Of a DNA stretch of 64,000 nucleotides, positions 27,343 to 37,289 are shown piece after piece. The position numbers and the translations under genes were made by a program. The notes beneath the pieces were generated by a model. That model did no database searches and had not been told where the DNA came from. It saw only the letters and a program-made list of their open reading frames with translations. Source of the DNA: an uncultured Sphingorhabdus sp. (GTDB lineage: Bacteria > Pseudomonadota > Alphaproteobacteria > Sphingomonadales > Sphingomonadaceae); NCBI GenBank assembly GCA_964597055.1, contig CAZQWC010000008.1, forward strand, positions 121,603-185,602, written 5' to 3'. Every line of letters begins with the position of its first letter. The first letter of the stretch is position 1.

Positions 27343-28842
27343 ATGACTATCGTGCGTTATGCTTATGGAGTTACTGCTCTGCTTCTGCTTTCGGGCAGCG
27401 CCTTTGCGCTTTCGACCGGAAACGCAGGGCCGGTTCCCGCTCCGGGTGCCGTTACGATTGCACAATCAGGCCTTGCGCCGCGCGGTGCGCCGAACAGCTT
27501 CGCTGATCTGGCAGCCCAGCTGCAGCCCGCCGTGGTCAACATCGCGACCAAGCAAAAGGTTCAGGTTGCCACCAGCTTCAACCCCTTCACCGGCGAACGC
27601 CGCCCCGTCACGCAGGAACAGCAGAGCGGTGGTTCGGGCTTTTTCATCAGCGCCGACGGCCTGATCGTCACCAACAACCACGTCATCGCTGGCGGCCCTA
27701 AAGGTGATGCTGTCGATGAAGTCAATGTGACCCTGTTCGATGGCCGCGAATTCAAGGCGGAAATTCTTGGCCGCGACGCAACGTCGGATCTCGCGTTGCT
27801 CAAGATCAAAGTGAGCGGCGTTCCCTTTGTCGAAATGCAGACCTCGGAAAGCAATCGTGTCGGTGACTGGGTGATTGCGATCGGCAACCCGCTTGGCCTT
27901 GGCAGCACGGTTACAGCGGGCATCATTTCGGCCTTGCAGCGCAACATTGGCGCAGGCGGTGCTTATGACCGCTTCATCCAGACCGATACCGCGATCAATC
28001 CCGGCAATTCGGGTGGCCCGCTGTTCAACCTCGACGGCAAGGTTATCGGTATCAACAACCGCCTGATTTCGCCGGTTGGTGCAAATATCGGCGTCGGTTT
28101 TGCCATACCTGCCGAAGAAGCCATTCCCGTAATCGATTCGCTGCGCAAGGGCGTCCGTCCCGAACGTGGCTATCTGGGGATTGGTATCCAGCCTGTGGGT
28201 GCGGACATGGCCGATGCACTGGGCATCGACAAGAACAAGGGTGAGTTCGTCACCCGCATCGTCAAAGATGAAGCCGCCGACAAGGCTGGCCTGAAAGAGG
28301 GCGACATTGTTCTGAAGGTCAATGGCCGTGACGTGACCCCCGACGACACGCTGTCCTACATTGTCGCTAACATCAAACCCGGCACCAAAATCCCGCTCGA
28401 CATCCTGCGCGAGGGCAAGCCAATGCGGTTGACCGCAACCGTTGGCACACGCCCAACCGAAGAGAAATTGGCGCAAAGCAATTTTGATCCGGACGAAAAC
28501 AAGGACTTCGACCAGAAGGGCGACGATGCCGATACCAAGGCTATCCGCGATGCGCTGGGCGTGAGCGTCATTCCGCTCGACCCTGAAATTGCTCGCCAGC
28601 TTGGTATGGGCACCGACATCAAGGGTGTTGTTGTCGACATTCCGGGTGCAGGTTCGGCGGCGCAGGCAGGTATCCGCCGCGGCGATGTGATCGTCTCGGT
28701 CAACTATAAGGCCGTGACCACCACCGCGCAATTTGCTGCTGCGGTCAGCGAGGCCAAAAAGGCCGGACGCAGCGCAGTTCTCTTGGGTGTCAAGCGTCGC
28801 GGTGCGCCAACGCAATATGCCACGGTGCGGCTGGATGACTGA
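27343..28842 (+). CDS. degP: DegP/DegQ (Do) periplasmic serine protease with two PDZ domains
   Basis: GSGFFI, TNNHV, DLALLK and AINPGNSGGPL catalytic-triad motifs; start may be GTG 27352. Confidence 0.9.
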   Translation: MTIVRYAYGVTALLLLSGSAFALSTGNAGPVPAPGAVTIAQSGLAPRGAPNSFADLAAQLQPAVVNIATKQKVQVATSFNPFTGERRPVTQEQQSGGSGFFISADGLIVTNNHVIAGGPKGDAVDEVNVTLFDGREFKAEILGRDATSDLALLKIKVSGVPFVEMQTSESNRVGDWVIAIGNPLGLGSTVTAGIISALQRNIGAGGAYDRFIQTDTAINPGNSGGPLFNLDGKVIGINNRLISPVGANIGVGFAIPAEEAIPVIDSLRKGVRPERGYLGIGIQPVGADMADALGIDKNKGEFVTRIVKDEAADKAGLKEGDIVLKVNGRDVTPDDTLSYIVANIKPGTKIPLDILREGKPMRLTATVGTRPTEEKLAQSNFDPDENKDFDQKGDDADTKAIRDALGVSVIPLDPEIARQLGMGTDIKGVVVDIPGAGSAAQAGIRRGDVIVSVNYKAVTTTAQFAAAVSEAKKAGRSAVLLGVKRRGAPTQYATVRLDD

Positions 28843-28884
28843 TCCCGCTACCAACTGATCCAAAGGGGTGTTAGTGAGCGTTGC

Positions 28885-30108
28885 ATGACGCTGACCGACA
28901 CCCCCCAAAACACCACTATGTGGCGCGATGACGCCGAAAGCCTGCTTCCTGACCTTGTAGAACTCCGCCGCGCGATCCATCGCGAGCCCGAACTCGGCCT
29001 GCAGAACCCCAAAACGCTGGCGAAGATAAAAGCCGCACTCGCCGGACTTCCGCTCGAGTTTCGCGAGGGGCCATCGACAACTGGTTTGCTCGCCATATTG
29101 CGCGGCCCTTCAAATGGTCGCACCGTATTACTGCGCGGCGATATGGATGCGCTTCCGCTGCACGAGGATACAGGCCTCGACTTTGCATCCGAGACAAACG
29201 GCGCGATGCACGCTTGCGGACATGACACCCATGTCGCGATGCTGGTGGGTGCGGCAAAGATGCTGTGTGCGCGCAAGCAGCAACTGACCGGTACCGTCTA
29301 CTTCATGTTCCAGCCGGGCGAGGAGGGCCATCATGGCGCGCGCTTCATGCTCGACGACGGCTTGCTCGATCCGCTACCCGATGCGGCCTTTGCGCTCCAT
29401 ATCATGCCCAATGCACCGCGCGGGATTTTCACCGGTCGTGCGGGCCCGCTGCTGGCCTCGTCCGATGTTTTGTCGATCAGGATCATGGGCAAGGGCGGCC
29501 ATGCTTCTATGCCGCACGATGCAGTGGATCCCATTCCGGTCGCCTGCGAAATCGTCTCGGCAATCCAGACGATGGTGACGCGCAAGGTATCGGTGTTTGA
29601 CCCCGCGGTTATCACAATAGCCAAGATCGAAGCGGGGACGACCAACAACATCATTCCCGAAACCGCCCATTTGCTCGGCACCATCCGCACGCTCAGCCCG
29701 CGCCGCCGCGCGATGGTGGCAGAAGAACTGCACCGCCTCGCCCCCGGCATTGCTGCCGCGCACGGATGTGAAGCGCAGGTGCATATCGAGCAAGGCTTTC
29801 CGGTCACGCTATGCGACGACCGCGCGGTCCGTTTCGGGCAAGAGGTGGTCGAAGCTACTTTCGGCGCCGAAAGCTGGAAGACACTCGACGCCCCGATAAT
29901 GGGGGCAGAGGATTTCGCCTATGTGCTGGAAAAGGTTCCCGGCGCGATGTTTTTCCTGGGAGCCAGCCATGAGGGTGATGACTGGCGGCAATGTTGCGGC
30001 CTGCATTCGAGCCGTATGGTGCTCGACGAAAGCGTGATGGCCAAGGGGGCAGCGCTGCACGCTGCTATTGCCGAACGCTTCCTTGCCGACGGTTTCGACG
30101 CAAGCTAA
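28885..30108 (+). CDS. M20D family amidohydrolase (hippurate hydrolase-like)
   Basis: HREPELG, LRGDMDALP, MHACGHD, QPGEEG and GAEDFA motifs. Confidence 0.92.
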   Translation: MTLTDTPQNTTMWRDDAESLLPDLVELRRAIHREPELGLQNPKTLAKIKAALAGLPLEFREGPSTTGLLAILRGPSNGRTVLLRGDMDALPLHEDTGLDFASETNGAMHACGHDTHVAMLVGAAKMLCARKQQLTGTVYFMFQPGEEGHHGARFMLDDGLLDPLPDAAFALHIMPNAPRGIFTGRAGPLLASSDVLSIRIMGKGGHASMPHDAVDPIPVACEIVSAIQTMVTRKVSVFDPAVITIAKIEAGTTNNIIPETAHLLGTIRTLSPRRRAMVAEELHRLAPGIAAAHGCEAQVHIEQGFPVTLCDDRAVRFGQEVVEATFGAESWKTLDAPIMGAEDFAYVLEKVPGAMFFLGASHEGDDWRQCCGLHSSRMVLDESVMAKGAALHAAIAERFLADGFDAS

Positions 30109-30142
30109 CACACCCAAAGAATATATAACTCAGGGGAAATCC

Positions 30143-31048
30143 ATGCCATCCGGTCTCGCCGCGCTTCTTGACGACATCGCTACTATCGCCAAGGTCGCTG
30201 CTGCCTCAGTTGACGATGTTGCCGCTGCTGCAGGCAAGGCTGGCAGCAAGGCTGCCGGGGTGGTGATCGATGACACTGCGGTTACCCCGCAATATGTGAC
30301 CGGTTTCACTCCTGATCGCGAACTGCCGATTATCTGGCGCATCGCCAAGGGATCGCTGATCAACAAGATTATCATCATTCTGCCAGTGGCGTTGTTGCTC
30401 AGCTTCTTCCTGCCATGGGCGATTACCCCGCTGCTTATGCTTGGCGGAGCGTTCCTTTGCTTTGAAGGGGCTGAAAAAGTCCTCGAAAAACTGATCCCAC
30501 ATGAGGAAGAGACGCTAGCCGAGGAATTTGCCGAGGTCTGCAGCAAGACGCATGAAGAAAATATGGTGAAGGGCGCGGTGCGGACCGACTTCATCCTCTC
30601 GGCCGAAATTATGGCGATAGCCTTGAACGAAGTGAAAGGCCTCGCTGAAACCTCCATCTGGTTGGAGGCCGCTGTATTGGCGCTGGTTGCCGTGGTAATC
30701 ACCATCGCGGTTTATGGTGTGGTCGGTTTCATCGTGAAGATGGACGATATCGGCCTGCACATGGCGCAACGCGAAAATGGCACGACACAGGCGCTGGGTC
30801 GCGGTTTGGTCAAGGGCATGCCCAAATTGATGACTTTCCTGTCAGTCGTTGGCACCGCAGCAATGCTGTGGGTTGGTGGACAGATCATCGTCCACGGCTT
30901 TGGCTTGCACCCTGCGGAATGGTTCGGCCTGCACGCAGCTGCGCTTGCATGGATCGTCGATGCAGGGCTATCCGGTGTCGCAGGGTTGGCAATTGGTACC
31001 GCTATTGTCGGCGTGCACCATCTATGGGCAGCACGCAAAAAAGCCTAA
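30143..31048 (+). CDS. DUF808 (YedI-like) inner-membrane protein
   Basis: GLAALLDDIA, GVVIDDTAVTP, ELPIIWRIAKGSL and RTDFILSAEIM motifs. Confidence 0.9.
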   Translation: MPSGLAALLDDIATIAKVAAASVDDVAAAAGKAGSKAAGVVIDDTAVTPQYVTGFTPDRELPIIWRIAKGSLINKIIIILPVALLLSFFLPWAITPLLMLGGAFLCFEGAEKVLEKLIPHEEETLAEEFAEVCSKTHEENMVKGAVRTDFILSAEIMAIALNEVKGLAETSIWLEAAVLALVAVVITIAVYGVVGFIVKMDDIGLHMAQRENGTTQALGRGLVKGMPKLMTFLSVVGTAAMLWVGGQIIVHGFGLHPAEWFGLHAAALAWIVDAGLSGVAGLAIGTAIVGVHHLWAARKKA

Positions 31049-32637
31049 GGAACCAGCACCGTATCGCGCGCCTCGGGCAGCAGCTTGGGGTAATCGAGCG
31101 TATAGTGCAGCCCGCGGCTTTCCTTACGGGATAGCGCGGAGCGGATGATGAGATCGGCCACTTCTACCAGATTGCGCAGTTCGATCAGGTCGGGTGTCAC
31201 GCGGAAGTGGCTGTAATAATCCTCCACCTCCCGCCGCAGCAGGTCGATGCGGTGTTTGGCGCGTTCGAGCCGCTTGGTGGTACGGACGATACCGACGAAA
31301 TTCCACATGAACTGGCGGATTTCGCGCCAACATTGGGCGATCACAACCTCTTCATCGCTGTCGGTGACGCGGCTTTCATCCCAGGGCCGGATGGCAGGCG
31401 GCGGCGGTAATTCATCCCAATGCGCATCGATATGCGCGGCGCAGGCATCGCCGAAGACGAAACATTCGAGCAGGCTGTTTGAGGCAAGGCGGTTCGCCCC
31501 GTGCAGCCCTGACTGGGTCACTTCGCCTGCCGCATATAGTCCTGGCGCGTCAGTACGACCATCCAGATCGACCAGCACTCCGCCACAAGTATAATGCTGT
31601 GCTGGCACAACCGGGATTGGTTCTTTGGTGATATCGATGCCCAGCCCAATCAGCTTTTCATAGATATTGGGGAAATGTTCGCGAACGAATTCGGGGTCCT
31701 TATGGCTGATATCCAGATGGACATAATCAAGGCCGTCGCGCTTGATTTCCCCATCATTTGCCCGCGCCACAATATCGCGCGGGGCAAGCTCTGCACGCTC
31801 GTCATAATCGGGCATATAGCGGTGCCCGCTCTTCGGGTTTTTGAGGATACCGCCCTCCCCGCGCACCGCCTCGGTAATCAGGAAATTCTTGACCTCCAGA
31901 TTATAGAGGCAGGTCGGGTGGAACTGCATCATTTCCATATTCGACACGCGGCATCCCGCGCGCCAGGCCATGGCTATGCCATCGCCGGTCGCACCGCGTG
32001 GTGCAGTGGAATAGAGGTAGGTGCGCCCTGCCCCGCCGGTCGCAAGGATGGTGGCGCGCGCGGTGAACGCCTCCACCTTCCCGCTCTTCCGGTTGAGCGC
32101 ATAAATGCCATGCACCCGCCCGCTGGTTGAAAAGCGCTCCTGATGGCGGCCAACGATCAGGTCTATCGCGACCATATCGGGCACCAAAGTGATATTGGGG
32201 TTTTCACGCGCAGCGGCTTCCAACGCCTGCTGCACCGCCCAGCCGGTCGCGTCATTGACATGGACGATACGGCGATGACTGTGCCCGCCTTCGCGCGTCA
32301 GATGCCAGTTTTCGCCAAATTCGTTGGTAGGCCCGCCCAGGTTGAAGGGCACACCCAGCTTGGCCAACCGGTCGATCGCCTGAGGAGCGTGTTCGATGAC
32401 AAATTCGACGGTCGCACGGTTGTTCAGCCCCGCGCCAGCTACCATCGTGTCTTCGATATGGCTTTCAAAGGTATCGCCCGGCTCGAGCACCGCCGCAATC
32501 CCGCCCTGCGCCCATGCCGTGGCACCATCGGACAGCGCGCCTTTCGCCAATACGCTAACCTTGTGCTTCTGCGCCAGCTGCAGCGCCGCTGTCAGCCCTG
32601 CCGCACCAGATCCGATGATGAGGACATCGGTTTCCAC
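31045..32637 (-). CDS. nadB: L-aspartate oxidase
   Basis: DVLIIGSGAAGL, WAQGGIAAV, TREGGHS, QFHPT and GLHGANRLASNSLLE motifs; GTG start 4 bp after the ABC gene stop. Confidence 0.96.
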   Translation of the reverse strand: METDVLIIGSGAAGLTAALQLAQKHKVSVLAKGALSDGATAWAQGGIAAVLEPGDTFESHIEDTMVAGAGLNNRATVEFVIEHAPQAIDRLAKLGVPFNLGGPTNEFGENWHLTREGGHSHRRIVHVNDATGWAVQQALEAAARENPNITLVPDMVAIDLIVGRHQERFSTSGRVHGIYALNRKSGKVEAFTARATILATGGAGRTYLYSTAPRGATGDGIAMAWRAGCRVSNMEMMQFHPTCLYNLEVKNFLITEAVRGEGGILKNPKSGHRYMPDYDERAELAPRDIVARANDGEIKRDGLDYVHLDISHKDPEFVREHFPNIYEKLIGLGIDITKEPIPVVPAQHYTCGGVLVDLDGRTDAPGLYAAGEVTQSGLHGANRLASNSLLECFVFGDACAAHIDAHWDELPPPPAIRPWDESRVTDSDEEVVIAQCWREIRQFMWNFVGIVRTTKRLERAKHRIDLLRREVEDYYSHFRVTPDLIELRNLVEVADLIIRSALSRKESRGLHYTLDYPKLLPEARDTVLVP

Positions 32638-32641
32638 GGCC

Positions 32642-33565
32642 TTATTCCGCGCTGCCGCTGGTAAGGCTGAGGAACACATCCTCGAGGTCAGCCTCTTTGG
32701 TAGTCACGTCGACAATGCCCAAGCCAAGCCCTTGCACCGCTGCCAGTACTTCACCCGCATTCATCCGGTCCTTATTATAGGTGATCTCGACCGTCCGGTC
32801 GGCGACCAGTTCGGTCTTTTCAAAGGCATCATGTCTGGGGGCTTCGCTAACGTCGCGGTCGAGCGTCAACACCACTGCCTTTTCGCGCGCCATACCCACC
32901 AACTCTTTCGTCGGCTTGTTAGCGATCAGCTTGCCATGGTTGATGATCGCAATGCGGTCGCAAAGCTGCTCGGCTTCTTCAAGATAGTGGGTGGTCAACA
33001 CTACTGTCGTACCCTGCTTGTTGAGTTCGACCACATATTCCCAAAGCTGTTGGCGCAATTCGATATCGACGCCTGCGGTAGGCTCATCAAGCACGATCAC
33101 CGGCGGCGAATGCACCATCGCCTTGGCCACCAGCAGCCGCCGCTTCATCCCGCCCGACAGCGTGCGCGCATAGGCATCTGCCTTGTCCTCCAGCCGAACG
33201 GCCTTGAGCAACTCCATAGATTGGCGCTTTTCCTTGGGGACACCATAAAGTCCGGCAAACAATTCCAATGTTTCGAACGGTGTGAAGAAGGGATCGAACA
33301 TGATCTCTTGCGGCACAATGCCAATCGACGCCTTGGCGTTGCGCGGATTGACGTCGATGTCGAAGCCCCAGATACTCGCACTACCCGAGGTCTTTTGCAC
33401 CATTCCCGCCAATATGTTGATAATCGTCGATTTTCCGGCACCATTTGGTCCAAGAAGGCCGAAAATCGAACCACGTTCGACATCAAAACTGACGCCGTCG
33501 AGCGCCTGTTTGCCGTTGGAATAGCGTTTGGTGAGTTCGCGGATCGAAATGGCGGCTTGTGTCAT
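32642..33565 (-). CDS. ABC transporter ATP-binding protein (YadG-like)
   Basis: GPNGAGKST, LSGGMKRR and LDEPTAGVD motifs; no permease adjacent. Confidence 0.92.
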   Translation of the reverse strand: MTQAAISIRELTKRYSNGKQALDGVSFDVERGSIFGLLGPNGAGKSTIINILAGMVQKTSGSASIWGFDIDVNPRNAKASIGIVPQEIMFDPFFTPFETLELFAGLYGVPKEKRQSMELLKAVRLEDKADAYARTLSGGMKRRLLVAKAMVHSPPVIVLDEPTAGVDIELRQQLWEYVVELNKQGTTVVLTTHYLEEAEQLCDRIAIINHGKLIANKPTKELVGMAREKAVVLTLDRDVSEAPRHDAFEKTELVADRTVEITYNKDRMNAGEVLAAVQGLGLGIVDVTTKEADLEDVFLSLTSGSAE

Positions 33566-33624
33566 AGATGTTAATCGATAGCCGAGGCCCGACCCGCACG
33601 CAACGCAAGGCTTTGCATCAAAGG

Positions 33625-33643
33625 GTTAAGGACAATTAACCAT
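33625..33643 (+). promoter_or_regulatory. CtrA-like half-sites upstream of the DUF4402 genes
   Basis: GTTAA-N6-TTAACCAT; spacing is one base short of TTAA-N7-TTAA, but TTAACCAT is a recalled half-site. Confidence 0.3.
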
Positions 33644-33687
33644 AAGCGCTAACGCAATATTGCACCCTGTCCTGCCATTGCACCCCT

Positions 33688-34243
33688 ATGCGTGGGGCAA
33701 AAACCCAGAACTTATGCGCGCGATTCGCGCTGGCTGCGGCTGTATTGGCTGCGGTATCGATGCCCGCACGTGCCGAAACCGAAGCGATGGATTCGCAAGT
33801 CGCCGTCGTCGCTCCGGGAAGTTTCTACAAAGTTCGGGATCTTTACTTCGGCGTCATTTCGTCAAGCCTGCTTCCGGGCACGGTAACCGTTGCGCCCAAT
33901 GGCACCCGCACCGCAACCGGCGGCGTGACACTGATCGGGAACAGCCACCATCCCGCTGAATTTGCAGGAATGAAGCCGACCCAAGCGAACCGTCCTGTCC
34001 GGATGCGGGTTGCGTCGAACACGGTTTTGCTGACTGGTCCTGGAACACCAATGGTAGCCAGCCTGTTTCGCGCCAATACCAATCCCGGCATACCGTTATC
34101 TACCATCACGCGCAACTATCAGGTCCAGCAGACCAGCAATGGCACCTTTGCGCTCTCTGTTGGCGCAACGCTGACCGTAAAATGCCAACCAGCAGCCCGG
34201 CACCTTTACCGGAACCTGGTTCCTGACCCTCGACTACCAATAA
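33688..34243 (+). pseudogene. DUF4402 (pilin/Csu-like secreted) protein, copy 1, frameshifted by +1 A at 34179-34182
   Basis: Removing one A from GTAAAAT gives LTVNANQQPGTFTGTWFLTLDYQ-stop (TAA 34241-34243), matching the paralog end LEVNANQAPGTYSGIWTITLNYQ. Confidence 0.85.
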
Positions 34244-34328
34244 GCGTAAGCGACCATATGCCCAACGTGCCCTTTCCGATAAGCCGCTGTTTACCATATG
34301 GTTATAACCTTTCGGCTATGGCTTTGGC

Positions 34329-34877
34329 ATGAGTGCGTTCCGTCTGCTCCCCTATGCCCCGCTTGCCTTGGTAGCATGCTGGCTTTCCTGCATGGCTTCA
34401 CCCGCTTTTGCCCAGAATGCCACCGAGCAAGTCCAGGCCCAGGTCGGCGTCGTGACCCCATTGAGCTTTATCCAGACCGAAGAGCTGAACTTCGGGAAAA
34501 TCTTTGCCAGCAACACCGCCGGAACAGTAACAGTCGCCCCCAATGGCACGCGCACACGCACTGGCGGGGTGACCTTGTTTGGCAGCGACCATCAGCCCGC
34601 CGAATTTGCCGGCATGGGCAGCTTCAACCAGCGCGTTCAGGTATCGCTCGGCAGCAACACGATATTCCTGACGGGCCCCGGTGTCCGAATGCGCGCGCGA
34701 ACCTTTACCATTGGCAGTACGCCGACCGCGGTACTTTCGACCAACCCCCAGGTTTTCCGCATAGCTGCGGCGACCGGCGCTTTCCGCTTCCCGGTCGGGG
34801 CAACTTTGGAGGTCAACGCCAATCAGGCGCCCGGGACCTATAGCGGCATCTGGACGATCACGCTCAACTATCAGTGA
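34329..34877 (+). CDS. DUF4402 (pilin/Csu-like secreted) protein, copy 2
   Basis: Signal peptide ending AFA-Q; LNFGKI...GTVTVAPNG; VGATLEVNANQAPGTYSG. Confidence 0.85.
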   Translation: MSAFRLLPYAPLALVACWLSCMASPAFAQNATEQVQAQVGVVTPLSFIQTEELNFGKIFASNTAGTVTVAPNGTRTRTGGVTLFGSDHQPAEFAGMGSFNQRVQVSLGSNTIFLTGPGVRMRARTFTIGSTPTAVLSTNPQVFRIAAATGAFRFPVGATLEVNANQAPGTYSGIWTITLNYQ

Positions 34878-34922
34878 AAAGTCCCGTTGCGGCTGCGCAG
34901 GTGCTTTGCTAACGGCGACGAC

Positions 34923-35126
34923 ATGACAGACGCACCCGAAACCATCCTTGTCCGCACGCACCGCATCGCTTGCGACGGAAGTGGCGATGGCGTTCCTGCC
35001 GCGCTTGGCCATCCACGCGTGTGGCTGGAAATCGACGAAAGCGGCATGGTCGAATGTGGCTATTGCGATCGCCGCTATGTGCTTGTCGGCGGACCTGCCG
35101 ATAATGGGACGCCAAACAAGGGCTGA
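34923..35126 (+). CDS. zf-CHCC zinc-finger protein
   Basis: IACDG...LGHPRVWLEI...VECGYCDRRY motif. Confidence 0.9.
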   Translation: MTDAPETILVRTHRIACDGSGDGVPAALGHPRVWLEIDESGMVECGYCDRRYVLVGGPADNGTPNKG

Positions 35127-35166
35127 AGCCCCTTCCGTTCCGTGCCACAGTCCTTATATCGGTGGC

Positions 35167-36594
35167 ATGAGCATTTCAGACCCGCGCAGCTTCCTTTACC
35201 AACCCGGCCTTCTCGATCCCGATGGATCCATGCGAGTCACGCGTGACGCCCTGAAGGCGTGCGACGATGGCGAACTCTATCTGCAATATAGTGCTAGCGA
35301 GAGTTTCGGCTTTGACGATGGTCGCCTGAAAATGGCCGATTACTCAACCGCTTCCGGCTTTGGCCTGCGCGGCGTATCGGGGGAAATGACAGGTTTCAGC
35401 CACGCCAACGATCTGAGCGAAGGCGCGATCCGCCGCGCGGCAGAGACGCTGCAACTGCTTGATCCTGCAAAAGGACAGGTCGCGCCGCCACCGCGCAAGA
35501 ATAACCGCCACTTGTACACCGATGGCAACCCGCTCGATCTGGTTCCGTTCGCCAAGAAGGTTGCCCTGTGTCAGCAGATTGATGCCGCCGCCCGAGCACG
35601 CGACCCCCGTGTCGCGCAGGTTTCGGTTTCGCTGGCAGGCAGCTGGTCGGTGATTGAAATCGTCCGCGCCGATGGTTTTGTCGCGACCGACATCCGCCCG
35701 CTGGTGCGCCTCAACGTTTCAATCGTCACCGAGGAGAATGGCCGTCGCGAAACCGGCACCTACGGTTTTGGCGGGCGCAAGCTCTATGACGATCTATTCG
35801 ATGAAGCCGCCTGGAACCACGCCATCGACGAAGCATTGGCGCAGTCGCTCACCAACCTGCGCTCGGTCGATGCCCCCGCGGGCGAAATGACCGTGCTGCT
35901 CGGCCCCGGCTGGCCCGGCGTGTTGCTGCACGAAGCGGTCGGGCATGGTCTTGAAGGCGATTTTAATCGTAAGGGCACCAGCGCCTTTTCGGGCAAGATC
36001 GGGCAGCGGGTAGCAGCACCCGGCGTGACCGTTGTCGATGACGGCAGCATGGCGGATCGACGTGGCTCGCTGTCGATCGATGATGAAGGCACACCGACGC
36101 AGGAGAATATCCTGATCGAGGACGGCATCCTGAAAGGCTATATGCAGGACCGGCTGAACGCCCGGCTGATGGGTGTCGAGCCCACCGGCAATGGCCGCCG
36201 CCAGAGCTATGCCCACGCCCCGATGCCGCGCATGACCAATACCTTCATGCGCGGGGGCAATGACGATCCCGCCGAACTGCTGAGCCGCGTCAAGGACGGC
36301 ATCTTCGCCAAGAGTTTCGGGGGCGGTCAGGTCGACATTGTTTCGGGCAAATTCGTCTTCAGCTGCACCGAGGCCTATCGCGTCAAAAATGGCAAACTCG
36401 GCGATCCGATTAAGGGCGCGACGCTGATCGGCGATGGCCCGACGTCGCTCACCAAGATTATCGGCATCGGCAATGACATGGCGCTCGACGAAGGCATCGG
36501 CGTCTGCGGCAAGGGCGGACAGAGCGTGCCTGCGGGCGTAGGCCAGCCGACGACACTGGTCAGTGCGTTGACCGTTGGCGGCACTGCTGGATGA
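35167..36594 (+). CDS. tldD: Metalloprotease TldD
   Basis: GVLLHEAVGHGLEGDFNRKG, PMPRMTNT and CGKGGQSVPAGVGQPT motifs. Confidence 0.96.
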   Translation: MSISDPRSFLYQPGLLDPDGSMRVTRDALKACDDGELYLQYSASESFGFDDGRLKMADYSTASGFGLRGVSGEMTGFSHANDLSEGAIRRAAETLQLLDPAKGQVAPPPRKNNRHLYTDGNPLDLVPFAKKVALCQQIDAAARARDPRVAQVSVSLAGSWSVIEIVRADGFVATDIRPLVRLNVSIVTEENGRRETGTYGFGGRKLYDDLFDEAAWNHAIDEALAQSLTNLRSVDAPAGEMTVLLGPGWPGVLLHEAVGHGLEGDFNRKGTSAFSGKIGQRVAAPGVTVVDDGSMADRRGSLSIDDEGTPTQENILIEDGILKGYMQDRLNARLMGVEPTGNGRRQSYAHAPMPRMTNTFMRGGNDDPAELLSRVKDGIFAKSFGGGQVDIVSGKFVFSCTEAYRVKNGKLGDPIKGATLIGDGPTSLTKIIGIGNDMALDEGIGVCGKGGQSVPAGVGQPTTLVSALTVGGTAG

Positions 36595-37169
36595 TCGACG
36601 ACGACGAAGTGGAGGTTGTTGAACCGCCCTCAGACTGGGCTGAACAGCTTCTTCGCTTCTGGTTTGTCGAGCATGGACTTGCCGACTGGTTCAAGGGCGG
36701 TGATGCTTTTGATGTTGCCGTGACCGCAGGCTTTACGGATTGGCGCCATGCGTTGCGCGAACTGCCGACCGAGAGTTTTCTAACCGACCCGCACACCGCA
36801 CTTGCGGCAGTTATCCTGTTCGACCAAGTGCCGCGCAATGCGTATCGCGGAAACGCCGAAGCCTTTGCAACCGATCATCTTGCGCTGGCGATTGCCAAGG
36901 CAGCCATAGCGGGTGCGTTCGACGCCAGCCTTTCGAAAGACGAACGGCTTTTCCTTTATCTGCCTTTCGAACATAGCGAAAATCGCGACGACCAGCGCGA
37001 ATCCGTCCGCCTAACCAGCCAGCTTGGCGATCAGGACCTGCTGAAATTTGCGCAAGATCATCAGGCTATGATCGAACGCTTCGGGCGCTTTCCGCACCGC
37101 AACAAGACACTTGGCCGCGCAGATCGCCCGGGCGAGGCAGAGGCTGTTGCCGCAGGTAACAAGTGGTAA
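36591..37169 (+). CDS. DUF924 family protein
   Basis: ILFDQVPRNAYRG, FLYLPFEHSE and IERFGRFPHRN motifs. Confidence 0.92.
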   Translation: MIDDDEVEVVEPPSDWAEQLLRFWFVEHGLADWFKGGDAFDVAVTAGFTDWRHALRELPTESFLTDPHTALAAVILFDQVPRNAYRGNAEAFATDHLALAIAKAAIAGAFDASLSKDERLFLYLPFEHSENRDDQRESVRLTSQLGDQDLLKFAQDHQAMIERFGRFPHRNKTLGRADRPGEAEAVAAGNKW

Positions 37170-37173
37170 TTGC

Positions 37174-37189
37174 TGGCACTATAACTGCT
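37174..37189 (+). promoter_or_regulatory. Possible sigma54 -24/-12 promoter
   Basis: TGGCACTATAACTGCT has GG-N10-GC, with two mismatches to TGGCACGNNNNTTGCW. Confidence 0.3.
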
Positions 37190-37289
37190 AATCGCTTGCG
37201 CTGCATCAATGCAGACATATAACTTAAGCACATAGAATCGGGTCGCACAGGTTCCAGGCGCAATAGCGTCGAACGGAAGGAGTTTTGCC

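Noticed and set aside
27466-28980. 504-aa minus-strand ORF
   Set aside because: Antisense shadow of the Do protease, a GC-rich codon artefact; no motifs.
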